Virus record (IMG/VR): IMGVR_UViG_3300042914_002678 | Length of the DNA: 64,000 nucleotides | Origin: a virus | Lineage: Duplodnaviria; Caudoviricetes | Reading direction: 5' to 3' (one strand) | Part shown: positions 7,743 to 18,394 of the stretch, piece after piece | Position numbering within the stretch: position 1 is the stretch's first letter | Layout of the letters: every line of letters begins with the position of its first letter | Notes under the pieces: generated by a model | What the model saw: only the letters and a program-made list of their open reading frames with translations | Databases searched by the model: none | Told to the model about the DNA's origin: nothing | Position numbers and translations under genes: made by a program

Positions 7743-10700
7743 ATGTCTATTAGAGTTAGATTGGGAACTGGAGAAGGAGATAATACACGGATTAGATTAG
7801 AATCCGGAGAAGGAAATGGTATTAAGGTAGTATCTAGCATTTATGGATCACAAGGTACTCAAGGTCTTCAAGGTTTAAGTAATCAAGGTGTTCAAGGATC
7901 TTTAAGTAATTTTCAAGGATCTCAAGGACTTCAGGGCAATCAAGGACTTCAAGGACACCAGGGAACTCAAGGTGCTCAAGGTCTTCAAGGTAATCAAGGT
8001 CTTCAAGGCAATCAAGGAACACAAGGAACTCAAGGTCTTCAGGGATTAAGTAATCAAGGGGTTCAAGGTCTTCAGGGAGATCAAGGAACTCAAGGTCTTC
8101 AAGGAACACAAGGTCTTCAAGGTTTAAGTAACCAAGGTGTTCAAGGTTTACAGGGTGAAAGGGGTGCTCAAGGATTTCAAGGTCTTCAGGGTCTTCAGGG
8201 TAATCAAGGTTTAAGTAATCAAGGTGTTCAAGGCACTCAAGGATTACAAGGATTTGCTGGAAGTTCGGGAGCAGTAGGACTTCAGGGTGCTGAGGGGTCT
8301 TTTGGTGGAGCTTCTTTTGAGTATTTGTACTATAATACTAGTGTTATAGACGAAGACCCTGGAAGTGGGAATGTAGGATTTAATACTGTACAGTTAAATT
8401 CTGCTTCTTACCTTTATATTAGTAAGATAGATTCAAATTCAACTGATTTAACTACTTTTATTAGAACTATTGACGATTCTACTTCCAATATTAAAGGTCA
8501 TTTTAGTATAAAACCAGAAGGATCTAATTTATCTTCTTTATTCTCTATAGTTGGGTTAAGTACTGAATATAGCGAGTATTTCAGTGTCCCTATAACATAT
8601 TTAAGTGGATCTGTTTCTTCATTAAATAATGATGATCTTATAGTACTTACTTTTGCAAGAACTGGTGATATTGGTGATACTGGTCTTCAAGGTAATCAAG
8701 GTCTTCAAGGACACCAGGGAACGCAAGGTCTTCAAGGAAATCAAGGTCTCCAAGGACATCAAGGTACTCAAGGTCTTCAAGGCACACAAGGTCTTCAGGG
8801 ATTAAGTAATCAAGGTGTTCAAGGTCTTCAGGGAGATCAAGGAACTCAGGGAACACAAGGTCTTCAAGGTTTAAGTAATCAAGGAACACAAGGTACTCAA
8901 GGTCTTCAGGGAGATCAAGGTACTCAAGGAACACAAGGTCTTCAAGGAAATCAAGGTCTCCAAGGACATCAAGGTACTCAAGGAACACAAGGTCTTCAAG
9001 GTGATCAAGGTCTTCAGGGAGATCAAGGTACTCAAGGTCTTCAAGGAGATCAAGGAACTCAAGGTACTCAAGGTCTTCAAGGTTTAAGTAATCAAGGTGT
9101 TCAAGGACTTCAAGGAGATCAAGGCGCTCAAGGTCTTCAAGGTACTCAAGGTCTTCAGGGATTAAGTAATCAAGGGGTTCAAGGTCTTCAGGGAGATCAA
9201 GGTACTCAAGGAACGCAAGGTCTTCAAGGAAATCAAGGAACACAAGGTCTTCAAGGTTTAAGTAATCAAGGGGTTCAAGGTCTTCAGGGAGATCAAGGTA
9301 CTCAAGGAACACAAGGTCTTCAAGGTACTCAAGGAACACAAGGTCTTCAAGGTACTCAAGGTCTTCAGGGAGATCAAGGTACTCAAGGAACACAAGGTCT
9401 TCAAGGTTTAAGTAATCAAGGTGTTCAAGGACTTCAAGGAGATCAAGGCACTCAAGGTCTTCAAGGTACTCAAGGTCTTCAAGGTTTAAGTAATCAAGGA
9501 ACCCAAGGTCTTCAAGGCACTCAAGGTCTTCAAGGTACTCAAGGTCTTCAAGGTTTAAGTAATCAAGGAACCCAAGGTCTTCAAGGCACTCAAGGTCTTC
9601 AAGGTACTCAAGGTCTTCAAGGTTTAAGTAATCAAGGAACACAAGGTACTCAAGGAACTCAAGGACTTCAAGGTACTCAAGGTCTTCAGGGAGATCAAGG
9701 TACTCAAGGGGCAGATGGAATTCAAGGTATATTTGGATCTTACAGTTCTTCAGCATTCAGATACACTTTTGACCTATCAATTTCAGAAACTGAACCAGAT
9801 CCTGGTCATATTAAATTTAACAATTCTAATTTTAGTTTATGTACTAAATTAATAATTTCTAAGAGTGATTTTTATAATGTTGGATTATCTACTTTTCTTG
9901 AAACTATAGATGATTCAACTTCAGACCATAAAGGATATTTTTCAGTTAAAGATTTAAATAATTATCAACATTATGTAATTTTTTCTATTAGTCCAAGTGA
10001 ATCTGGGTCAATATATCCAAATTACATAATTTTTAATTGTAGTTATGTTTCCGGAATTACAACCTCTCAACCACCATCTGAAATTGGAGATCCAATTTCA
10101 GATGTAATTATATCTTTTTCGAGAACTGGTGATCTAGGAGATCAGGGAGTTCAAGGTCTTCAGGGTGGTGGATCTCAAGGATTTCAAGGTCTTCAAGGAA
10201 ATCAAGGAACACAAGGTCTTCAAGGTTTAAGTAATCAAGGGGTTCAAGGTCTTCAGGGAGATCAAGGTACTCAAGGAACACAAGGTCTTCAAGGTACTCA
10301 AGGAACACAAGGTCTTCAAGGAAATCAAGGTCTCCAAGGACATCAAGGTACTCAAGGAACACAAGGTCTTCAAGGTGATCAAGGTCTTCAAGGTGATCAA
10401 GGTCTTCAGGGAGATCAAGGTACTCAAGGTCTTCAAGGAGATCAAGGAACTCAAGGTACTCAAGGTCTTCAAGGTTTAAGTAATCAAGGGATTCAAGGTC
10501 TTCAAGGAAATCAAGGTCTTCAAGGTACTCAAGGTCTAACAGGCCCTATAGCAGGTTCTGCAAATCAAATTGTTTATAAAGACGGATCTAATAATCCAAC
10601 TGGTTCTGGAAACCTGACTTTTGACGGCACTAATCTTTATGTTGGTGGTAATGTAACAATTGGCGGTACTAGTGTTCTAATTGCCGCCACTACATTAGTG

Positions 10701-13700
10701 GTAAATGATAAAGATATCATTGTTGGTCTTGCTACGACTGCTGGTGGTATTGTTATTTCTAATGATAATACCGCAAATCACGGTGGTATTGCTGTTGCAT
10801 CAACTGAAGGAAGTCCATTATTTAATATTAGTGCTGGTCTTGGTACTGATGATATTCCATCCACATATAAGCAGATTATGTGGTTGAAGTCTGGTACTTT
10901 GACTGGACTCAATACTGATGCGTGGTTATTTAATTATGCTGTAGGTGTTGGTACTGACCAAGTTCCAAATGGTGTAAGACTTGCTGCAGGTGCTATCAAT
11001 GTCTTAGATAATAAACTAAATGTAGCAGGAGATATTGATTTTAGTGGAACATTCTATCAAAATGGAAGTCCATTTGTAGCATCAAGATGGTCTGCTGGGA
11101 CTGGAGATGATATTTACAGATTGAATGGTAATGTTGGCATAAAAACATCATCTCCACAATCAGCACTTGATGTTCGTGGAACAATCTCAATTGGTAGAAC
11201 TGATGCTTCTACTGTAAACACTATTTACTCTGTTGTTGATATTAACTCTTGGGAGTATGGTGGTATAAGTCTTGCAGTTGGTGGACAAGATACTGCACCA
11301 ACAGACATTTACTTCAAAGATGATGGAACCAAGATGTTTATTCTTGGTGATACTGGAAATGATGTAAATGAATATGCACTTTCTACTGCTTGGGAAGTAA
11401 ATACTGCAACATTTACAACTAACTTTGTTGTTGGGGGACAAGAAACTTTTCCAACAGGTTTATATTTTAAACCAGATGGAACCAGAATGTATATCTGTGG
11501 TCAAACTGGGGTTTCTCCAACTGGTGATAGAGTTTATTCTTATACATTAAGCAATCCTTGGTCTCTTGTTGGAGTTACTACCGATACTGTTGCTGGTGCT
11601 GGAACCACTGTTAAAAACTTTAATGTAGGAGCAAATGATACTGGACCACAAGGACTTTATTTTAAAGATGATGGAACTAAGATGTATGTGGTTGGTTCCA
11701 CTGGTGATGCGGTTTATGAATATACAGTTTCTACTGCCTGGGAAATTGATTCAACTGTAACTCTTAATCATACACTTTTGATTGGCGCGACAAATACTCA
11801 AAATCTTCCACTGACTCTGACTGCTCCAACGGGTATTGATTTTAATGATACTGGAATCAAGATGTATATTACGGATTCAGCCCGTGATTTAGTTGCAAGA
11901 TTTGATTTATCTACTCCTTGGGACTTAAGTACTGCAGTATTTTATGATAATGTTTATGTTGGTTTCCAAGATCTTACTCCAAATGGAATATTTTATCAAG
12001 AAGACCAATCAAAGGCATATGTAGTTGGTGATAGTAATAATACTGTTTATCAATACAATACTGATGTTCCTTCACTTGAATTTGCATCTTCTGGTATTTC
12101 CACAAGGTCTTCGGTCATCATTAATAATGAAGCAAGATTAAAAAATCGTCTTTATGTAACTGATACTGCTCATTTTAGCAGACCAGTTACAGTTAAGGAA
12201 TCACTCCAAATTGATGGTGCTGTTGCAACAAGTAGTAACCTTACAGTTTCTGGTGGAACAATAACTACAGGAAACGTTGCTGCGACACTTCTTAGTGGTA
12301 ATACTACTACCAACATCACTCTGGCAAGTGGACAAACTTCAGGAACATTAATTGTTGGTGGTGCTTCACAAACTGGAACTATAACAATAGACCAGTCTGC
12401 TTCTGGTCATATTTTAAATATTGCTACTGGTGCTAATGCTTCTGGAGTAGGAAAAACTGTTAATATTGCAACTGGTGGTGCTTCTGGTTCCAGAACTTTA
12501 ATCACTGTTGGTTCTGCTGTTGCTGGTGCTGCAAGTACAGTCTTCATTCCATCACCAACTAGTCTTGGTATTGGAATCACAAATCCAGGAGCAACTTTAA
12601 ATGTAGTTCCAACAACCACAAGTATTGCTGGATTGTTCTCTGGAACCACATCAAGTGATATGGTTCGCATTACTCAACTTGGTTCTGGTAATGCTCTGGT
12701 AGTTGAAGATTCTGCTAATCCCGATGCAACTCCTTTTGTTGTTAGTGCTGATGGTTCAGTTGGTATCGGAACCACAAATCCATTAGGACCTTTACATTTA
12801 CAAAGTAATACTCCAATTATAAGATTTGCAGAATCTGATGCATCCGCAAATAATAGAAATTGGAATGTTGGTGTTAATAACCAAGAGTTTTATTGGCAAG
12901 CACTAAGTGATGTTGGAAGTGGTGGTGGTAATTTATTTAAATTTACTAGAAGTGCTGAACAAATTCAAACTTTTGAAGGTTTGAATGGTGGAGTTACTTG
13001 GTTTGAAGTTGATAACAGTACTCAAAGAGTTGGTATCGGAACTTCAATTGCATCAGCAGTTCTTGATGTTCGTGGAACTCCTTGGTTCTCTCCAAATACC
13101 ACAGGTGTAAAGGCAACAGCATTAAGACTTGGAACACTTGTTGATGGTGTTAATGCTGCCTTTGATATTATTACCAATGATAATACTGGAGATGATATTG
13201 AAGTCCAAAGCAATCGTTTTACTGGAAAATTAAGATTCAGTAGAAGTTCTCCATCTGGTATTCAGACAACATTTATACTTGATTCTAACTATCTAACTGG
13301 AACAAGTATTTCAATTGCCGATACAACAGGAACCACAACAAAAATAAAAATTGACGAAGCAGGAAATACTTTCTTTAACAATAGTGGAGCAGTATTAGTC
13401 GGCACTGCTACATCAACAGGAACCGCATCACAAAGACTTCAAGTTACTGGTGGTGCTTATGTTTCTGGTAATACTGGAATAGGAACTACAAATCCATCAG
13501 ATCCTTTAGACGTAAATGGAAATATAAGAGTTCGTTCTGCCCTTAAAGATTATTATGGAAATGTAGGTGCTGCGGGATCTGTTTTAACTGTTGTTGGTGC
13601 TGGTATTGGAGTAAGTTGGACTCCTCCATTTGCGGCAGGACTTCAAGGTACACAAGGACTTCAGGGACTTCAAGGTACTCAAGGACTTCAAGGCAATCAA

Positions 13701-14870
13701 GGACTTCAAGGTACACAAGGACTTCAGGGACTTCAAGGTACTCAAGGTCTTCAAGGTACTCAAGGTCTTCAAGGTACTCAAGGACTGCAGGGTACTCAAG
13801 GACTCCAAGGTAATCAAGGACTCCAAGGTAATCAAGGACTTCAAGGTACTCAAGGTCTTCAAGGACTTCAAGGCAATCAAGGTCTTCAAGGACACCAGGG
13901 AACTCAAGGTCTTCAAGGTAATCAAGGCAATCAAGGACTTCAAGGTGCTCAAGGTCTTCAAGGTAATCAAGGACTTCAAGGTCTTCAAGGACTTCAGGGA
14001 GATCAAGGAACTCAGGGTACTCAAGGACTTCAGGGATTAAGTAATCAAGGGGTTCAAGGTCTTCAGGGAGATCAAGGAACTCAGGGTACTCAAGGACTTC
14101 AGGGAGATCAAGGAACTCAGGGTACTCAAGGACTTCAAGGTAATCAAGGACTTCAAGGTCTTCAAGGACTTCAGGGAGATCAAGGAACTCAAGGTACTCA
14201 AGGACTTCAAGGTAATCAAGGACTTCAAGGTCTTCAAGGACTTCAGGGAGATCAAGGAACTCAAGGTACTCAAGGTCTTCAGGGTACTCAAGGTGCTCAA
14301 GGACTTCAAGGTAATCAAGGATTGCAAGGCACTCAAGGACTTCAAGGTAATCAAGGATTGCAAGGCACTCAAGGACTTCAAGGTAATCAAGGAAGGCAAG
14401 GCACTCAAGGACTTCAAGGTAATCAAGGATTGCAAGGCACTCAAGGACTTCAAGGTAATCAAGGAAGGCAAGGACTTCAGGGACTTATTGGAACTCCTAT
14501 TCCATGGACAGTAAAAACTGCAAATTACACTGCTGTTGCAAAAGACCAAATACTCGCCAATACCTCTGGTGGATCTTTTACTATTACTTTACCAGCATCT
14601 CCATCTTCTGGTGATTATATTCGTATTGGTGATGACAACGATTGGTTTACTAATAATTTAACAGTCGCTAGAAATGGAAGTACAATTGAAGGATTGAGTG
14701 ATGATTTTGTATTAGATATTAAGGGAATTATAGTTGAGTTTGTTTATAATGGTTCTACATGGCAAGTTTATTCTTATGCTGGTCCAGCGGGCGCTCAAGG
14801 TACTACTGGATCTAGTACAAGTGGTGGTGGAACTGGTGATATTTTAGAGATTATGTTATTTGCACTATAA
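7743..14870 (+). CDS. Giant collagen-like tail/virion fibre protein, 2375 aa
   Basis: Several long Gly-X-Gln tracts, two duplicated non-collagen domains, propeller-like repeats (PTGLYFKPDGTRMY, STAW..) and a C-terminal ANTSGGSFTITLPASP fibre domain. Confidence 0.85.
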   Translation: MSIRVRLGTGEGDNTRIRLESGEGNGIKVVSSIYGSQGTQGLQGLSNQGVQGSLSNFQGSQGLQGNQGLQGHQGTQGAQGLQGNQGLQGNQGTQGTQGLQGLSNQGVQGLQGDQGTQGLQGTQGLQGLSNQGVQGLQGERGAQGFQGLQGLQGNQGLSNQGVQGTQGLQGFAGSSGAVGLQGAEGSFGGASFEYLYYNTSVIDEDPGSGNVGFNTVQLNSASYLYISKIDSNSTDLTTFIRTIDDSTSNIKGHFSIKPEGSNLSSLFSIVGLSTEYSEYFSVPITYLSGSVSSLNNDDLIVLTFARTGDIGDTGLQGNQGLQGHQGTQGLQGNQGLQGHQGTQGLQGTQGLQGLSNQGVQGLQGDQGTQGTQGLQGLSNQGTQGTQGLQGDQGTQGTQGLQGNQGLQGHQGTQGTQGLQGDQGLQGDQGTQGLQGDQGTQGTQGLQGLSNQGVQGLQGDQGAQGLQGTQGLQGLSNQGVQGLQGDQGTQGTQGLQGNQGTQGLQGLSNQGVQGLQGDQGTQGTQGLQGTQGTQGLQGTQGLQGDQGTQGTQGLQGLSNQGVQGLQGDQGTQGLQGTQGLQGLSNQGTQGLQGTQGLQGTQGLQGLSNQGTQGLQGTQGLQGTQGLQGLSNQGTQGTQGTQGLQGTQGLQGDQGTQGADGIQGIFGSYSSSAFRYTFDLSISETEPDPGHIKFNNSNFSLCTKLIISKSDFYNVGLSTFLETIDDSTSDHKGYFSVKDLNNYQHYVIFSISPSESGSIYPNYIIFNCSYVSGITTSQPPSEIGDPISDVIISFSRTGDLGDQGVQGLQGGGSQGFQGLQGNQGTQGLQGLSNQGVQGLQGDQGTQGTQGLQGTQGTQGLQGNQGLQGHQGTQGTQGLQGDQGLQGDQGLQGDQGTQGLQGDQGTQGTQGLQGLSNQGIQGLQGNQGLQGTQGLTGPIAGSANQIVYKDGSNNPTGSGNLTFDGTNLYVGGNVTIGGTSVLIAATTLVVNDKDIIVGLATTAGGIVISNDNTANHGGIAVASTEGSPLFNISAGLGTDDIPSTYKQIMWLKSGTLTGLNTDAWLFNYAVGVGTDQVPNGVRLAAGAINVLDNKLNVAGDIDFSGTFYQNGSPFVASRWSAGTGDDIYRLNGNVGIKTSSPQSALDVRGTISIGRTDASTVNTIYSVVDINSWEYGGISLAVGGQDTAPTDIYFKDDGTKMFILGDTGNDVNEYALSTAWEVNTATFTTNFVVGGQETFPTGLYFKPDGTRMYICGQTGVSPTGDRVYSYTLSNPWSLVGVTTDTVAGAGTTVKNFNVGANDTGPQGLYFKDDGTKMYVVGSTGDAVYEYTVSTAWEIDSTVTLNHTLLIGATNTQNLPLTLTAPTGIDFNDTGIKMYITDSARDLVARFDLSTPWDLSTAVFYDNVYVGFQDLTPNGIFYQEDQSKAYVVGDSNNTVYQYNTDVPSLEFASSGISTRSSVIINNEARLKNRLYVTDTAHFSRPVTVKESLQIDGAVATSSNLTVSGGTITTGNVAATLLSGNTTTNITLASGQTSGTLIVGGASQTGTITIDQSASGHILNIATGANASGVGKTVNIATGGASGSRTLITVGSAVAGAASTVFIPSPTSLGIGITNPGATLNVVPTTTSIAGLFSGTTSSDMVRITQLGSGNALVVEDSANPDATPFVVSADGSVGIGTTNPLGPLHLQSNTPIIRFAESDASANNRNWNVGVNNQEFYWQALSDVGSGGGNLFKFTRSAEQIQTFEGLNGGVTWFEVDNSTQRVGIGTSIASAVLDVRGTPWFSPNTTGVKATALRLGTLVDGVNAAFDIITNDNTGDDIEVQSNRFTGKLRFSRSSPSGIQTTFILDSNYLTGTSISIADTTGTTTKIKIDEAGNTFFNNSGAVLVGTATSTGTASQRLQVTGGAYVSGNTGIGTTNPSDPLDVNGNIRVRSALKDYYGNVGAAGSVLTVVGAGIGVSWTPPFAAGLQGTQGLQGLQGTQGLQGNQGLQGTQGLQGLQGTQGLQGTQGLQGTQGLQGTQGLQGNQGLQGNQGLQGTQGLQGLQGNQGLQGHQGTQGLQGNQGNQGLQGAQGLQGNQGLQGLQGLQGDQGTQGTQGLQGLSNQGVQGLQGDQGTQGTQGLQGDQGTQGTQGLQGNQGLQGLQGLQGDQGTQGTQGLQGNQGLQGLQGLQGDQGTQGTQGLQGTQGAQGLQGNQGLQGTQGLQGNQGLQGTQGLQGNQGRQGTQGLQGNQGLQGTQGLQGNQGRQGLQGLIGTPIPWTVKTANYTAVAKDQILANTSGGSFTITLPASPSSGDYIRIGDDNDWFTNNLTVARNGSTIEGLSDDFVLDIKGIIVEFVYNGSTWQVYSYAGPAGAQGTTGSSTSGGGTGDILEIMLFAL
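7850..14490 (+). repeat. Interspersed 9-bp codon-triplet tandem arrays (CAAGGTCTT/CAAGGTACT-like)
   Basis: Arrays at about 7850-8290, 8680-9710, 10140-10540 and 13640-14490. Confidence 0.9.
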
Positions 14871-14894
14871 ATATTCAAAAACTATAGGGATATA

Positions 14895-15254
14895 ATGGCA
14901 CTTGCAAAGGTAGGATTAGGAACGGTCACAAGAGTTGCACTTGGAACTACTGCAACTGTTTTGACTGTAGGTTCTGCAAAAACTTGTTATATTCGTTCAA
15001 TAATCTGTCATAATATTGATACGATAAATTCAAGCACTATAAAAATTCATATTGTTCCTGTTTCTAGTGGTTCTCCTGGGACTGCAAGTTCTATTAATCA
15101 ACTTGCACAACTTTCTATTCAACCAACAGATACTTATTTCTTCGAACTTGCATATCCTATTACATTAGCAAGTGATAATGATACGGTTCAAGTTTATAAC
15201 TCAAGTACCACAGATGCAATCAATGTTTTAATTCTTGGCGATAAGGAGGCTTGA
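14895..15254 (+). CDS. ~120-aa beta-rich adapter-like virion protein
   Basis: Follows the fibre gene; distant resemblance to 57153, 19594 and 59836. Confidence 0.75.
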   Translation: MALAKVGLGTVTRVALGTTATVLTVGSAKTCYIRSIICHNIDTINSSTIKIHIVPVSSGSPGTASSINQLAQLSIQPTDTYFFELAYPITLASDNDTVQVYNSSTTDAINVLILGDKEA

Positions 15255-15257
15255 TAA

Positions 15258-17309
15258 ATGGCAGGTAAAAGTGTAAATTCTATTGGTTCAAAGAATTGGT
15301 CACCGGGACCACCAGCAACAAGATATAATGCAAGTGGTAAGAACCGCGAGTTTTATACTTTTGAAAATGCCCCCGGTTTAGGAAATTATGCAACTGGTGG
15401 AACCATTATTGACGGTGGTGATGGATACATTTATCATATCTTCACTGGTGATGGAACCTTTGCAGTTAATCGTCCTCCTGCGGTAATTGATAGTGTTGAT
15501 TATATGATTGTTGCAGGCGGCGGGGCGGGTGGTGCGGGATCTGGCGGCACTATTCCCGGCGGTGGAGGGGGTGCCGGTGGGATGTTATTTGGTAATATTG
15601 GTGTTTCTAATGCTCCAGGATCTTATTCAATTTCTATTGGTGGCGGTGGTGCATCTAATGGACCTAATAATCCATCGGCATCAAGACACGGAGTTAATTC
15701 CGCAGCATTTGGATTAACTGCCGAAGGAGGTGGGGGTGGTGGAGGTAATGGACCTTTCCCTCTAATAAGTTCGCAGGCGCTCGGGGATCCTGGAGGATCT
15801 GGTGGTGGAGCTTTCAGTGCCCCACCCACAGGTGGTAGATCTGGAGGAACAGGAAATACTCCTGAAACTATACCAAGACAGGGATATCCAGGCGCTCCAT
15901 CATCAATGCCCAACAGTAGCCCCCCGGCTATTGGTGGCGGTGGCGGTGGAGCAGGTGGTGCAGGTGGGCATGAAGCAAATGGTGATCCAGCTGGTCCACC
16001 TTTTGTTCCCAGAGGTTATGGTGGACCAGGAAGACTCGTTCCTCAATTTCCAATTCCTATTATTGGGAAAGCAATTCCATCAACAAATTATCCAGTTTGG
16101 TACAATGATGTAGCGGAAGGGAGCACTTATTCTGGAAATTCTGGAGGTGGATTATCTGCTGGAGGAAGAGCATGGCCTCCACCATCTAATTCTTCACCAC
16201 AACTTAATGCTACTGATAATACTGGTCATGGTGGAATTGGTCAAACAACATCTCCAGGATTTAATGGTGGTTCTGGAATTGTTTGCATAAGATACAAAAA
16301 AAATGCACCTTACACAAGAGCAACTGGTGGAACAGTAGAACCAAGTACTCATCCAGAACATCCTGGTGTATGGAGACATATTTTTACTTCTCCTGGAGAT
16401 TTTACTGTTACTGACCCAACACTTCAATGGATTGATTATCTTGCTGTTGGTGGTGGTGGAGGAGGCGGTTCTTATATTGGAGGTGGTGGTGGTGCCGGTG
16501 GTTTTGTGTCTTCCATTCATAATTCCACAACAACACCACTTGTAATTCCAGAGGCATATCCTTGGAACCCAGGTTATTCGGTAAGAGCAGGAGAACAATA
16601 TCCTGTGGGTGTTGCAACTTATCCAATTGGTATTGGAACTGGCGGTGCTGGCGGTAATAGTGCAAATCCTCTACCACAATCCGGATCTCCTGGTCAAAAT
16701 ACAACAATAGGAAATCCAGGAGCATTACAGATTATTGCATATGGTGGTGGAGGAGGTGGTGGATCCATTGTACATGTTAATCCATCCCCACCCGGAGCAA
16801 GAATTGCAGGTGGTGCTGGTGGATCTGGTGGAGGTGCTTGTGGGACTAACGGAGCACCTCCACCATTTTATACCGTTAATGGTGGAAGTGCTTCTCCAAG
16901 TCCACTAATTCAAGGAAATCCAGGAGCTTCTACGCCTGGTGCAGGGGCCCCCAACGGTGGACTTGGTGGTGGTGCTGCAAGCACCCCCTCAACCCCAACT
17001 AACGGAGGTTGGTATTCTGTTTTGTCTCCATCTGCTTATGGAACTCCAGGACCACTTACACCAACTGCAATATATAGATATTTTGCTGGAGGTGGAGGTG
17101 GTGGAGGTAATCCTGGAAACGGTACTTCAGGAGGAGCAGGTGGAGGAGGTAGGGGTGGAAGCATTCCAGGAGCTCCAGATGGTCATCCCGTTAATGGTGT
17201 AGATGGAACCACCAACACTGGTGGTGGTGGAGGTGGAGGTGCTGAAGAATCCACCGCAATAGGGGGATCTGGCGGTCCTGGCATTGTTATTATTCAATAT
17301 CCAGAATAA
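15258..17309 (+). CDS. Gly/Pro-rich protein with two glycine-rich domains
   Basis: Two copies of ATGG..YHIFT..G.F.V...DY..VAGGGxGG...GGSGIVIIxY. Confidence 0.8.
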   Translation: MAGKSVNSIGSKNWSPGPPATRYNASGKNREFYTFENAPGLGNYATGGTIIDGGDGYIYHIFTGDGTFAVNRPPAVIDSVDYMIVAGGGAGGAGSGGTIPGGGGGAGGMLFGNIGVSNAPGSYSISIGGGGASNGPNNPSASRHGVNSAAFGLTAEGGGGGGGNGPFPLISSQALGDPGGSGGGAFSAPPTGGRSGGTGNTPETIPRQGYPGAPSSMPNSSPPAIGGGGGGAGGAGGHEANGDPAGPPFVPRGYGGPGRLVPQFPIPIIGKAIPSTNYPVWYNDVAEGSTYSGNSGGGLSAGGRAWPPPSNSSPQLNATDNTGHGGIGQTTSPGFNGGSGIVCIRYKKNAPYTRATGGTVEPSTHPEHPGVWRHIFTSPGDFTVTDPTLQWIDYLAVGGGGGGGSYIGGGGGAGGFVSSIHNSTTTPLVIPEAYPWNPGYSVRAGEQYPVGVATYPIGIGTGGAGGNSANPLPQSGSPGQNTTIGNPGALQIIAYGGGGGGGSIVHVNPSPPGARIAGGAGGSGGGACGTNGAPPPFYTVNGGSASPSPLIQGNPGASTPGAGAPNGGLGGGAASTPSTPTNGGWYSVLSPSAYGTPGPLTPTAIYRYFAGGGGGGGNPGNGTSGGAGGGGRGGSIPGAPDGHPVNGVDGTTNTGGGGGGGAEESTAIGGSGGPGIVIIQYPE

Positions 17310-17323
17310 GGAGGTAAAATTAT

Positions 17324-17716
17324 ATGGCACACTTTGCACAGATTGGTTATGATAATAAAGTCTTAAGAGTATCCGTTGTAAGAAACGAAGATATTCTTGA
17401 CGAAAATGGAAATGAAAGTGAAGAAGTAGGAATACAGTTTCTCAAATCAGTTCACGGACCTTTAACAAATTGGTTACAAACTTCATATAACAGTAATTTT
17501 AGATGTCGTTATGCTGGTACTGGAATGGTTTATGATAATCAACACGATGTATTTTTACTTCCTCAACCCTATCCTTCTTGGTCTTTAAATACTGAAACTT
17601 ATGAATGGGAACCTCCAATACCTGAACCAGAACTTACAGAGGAACAAAGAGAATCTGGAAGTTATTATGAGTGGAATGAAGAAACTCAAGAATGGGAATT
17701 AAAGACTGCAACTTGA
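17324..17716 (+). CDS. Conserved hypothetical protein, paralog of 21960-22373 (possible fibre chaperone)
   Basis: Shared MAHF..L/I..N.V...VV.N, WxQTSYNxNFRCRYA and PQPYxSWxLNTxTYEWE. Confidence 0.8.
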   Translation: MAHFAQIGYDNKVLRVSVVRNEDILDENGNESEEVGIQFLKSVHGPLTNWLQTSYNSNFRCRYAGTGMVYDNQHDVFLLPQPYPSWSLNTETYEWEPPIPEPELTEEQRESGSYYEWNEETQEWELKTAT

Positions 17717-17772
17717 GGTTTTTATAAAAGTGATATATAATGGTGATGAATAAATTATAAGGAGATTGAAAT

Positions 17773-18393
17773 TTGGCATTCCAATCAATATGGTATCAAA
17801 CTGAGTTAAATCCAAAAATCATAGAAACAATTGAAGAAGACTTAACGGATAATTTTCAACAACAAATGGGAGACTCCAGACTAATGGGAGATGCTCTCAA
17901 TCGTGATAAAAGAAATTCAAAAAATGCCTGGGTTCCAACAACTCATTGGACTGCTGGATTTGTTTGGCATTATGTTGAAAGAGCAAATCGTGAGAATTTT
18001 TTATATGATATAAGAAATATTGATGGGGAGAGTATGCAATTCACTCAATATGGAGTTGGTGAGTTTTATGGTTGGCATAATGATGCCGGTATTGCCGGTC
18101 AATATAAACCAGTATCTGTTGGAAATCATCACGAAGGAAGAGCACAAGACTATCTAAATGAGAATCTAGAACTTGTAAGAAAACTTTCATTTGTGGTTCA
18201 ACTTTCAGATCCAGATGATTATGAGGGTGGAAATCTTCAACTTCTTGCAGAGGATGGTAAGTCTTATTTTGCTCCAAGAAAAAGAGGAACTGTAATTGTT
18301 TTTGACTCAAGAACTCAACATCGTGTTCTTAAAGTAACTAAAGGAACTCGTAAGAGTTTGGTCGGGTGGGTATGCGGTAAGAGGTGGTCCTGA
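17773..18393 (+). CDS. 2OG-Fe(II) oxygenase (prolyl-hydroxylase-like)
   Basis: YGWHND, RKLSFVVQLSDPDDYEGG, HRVLKV and RKSLVGW motifs. Confidence 0.9.
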   Translation: MAFQSIWYQTELNPKIIETIEEDLTDNFQQQMGDSRLMGDALNRDKRNSKNAWVPTTHWTAGFVWHYVERANRENFLYDIRNIDGESMQFTQYGVGEFYGWHNDAGIAGQYKPVSVGNHHEGRAQDYLNENLELVRKLSFVVQLSDPDDYEGGNLQLLAEDGKSYFAPRKRGTVIVFDSRTQHRVLKVTKGTRKSLVGWVCGKRWS

Positions 18394-18394
18394 A

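Noticed and set aside
7850-14490. Tandem repeats as a CRISPR array or DGR template
   Set aside because: The period is 9 bp in frame with no unique spacers; no cas or reverse transcriptase gene is in the window
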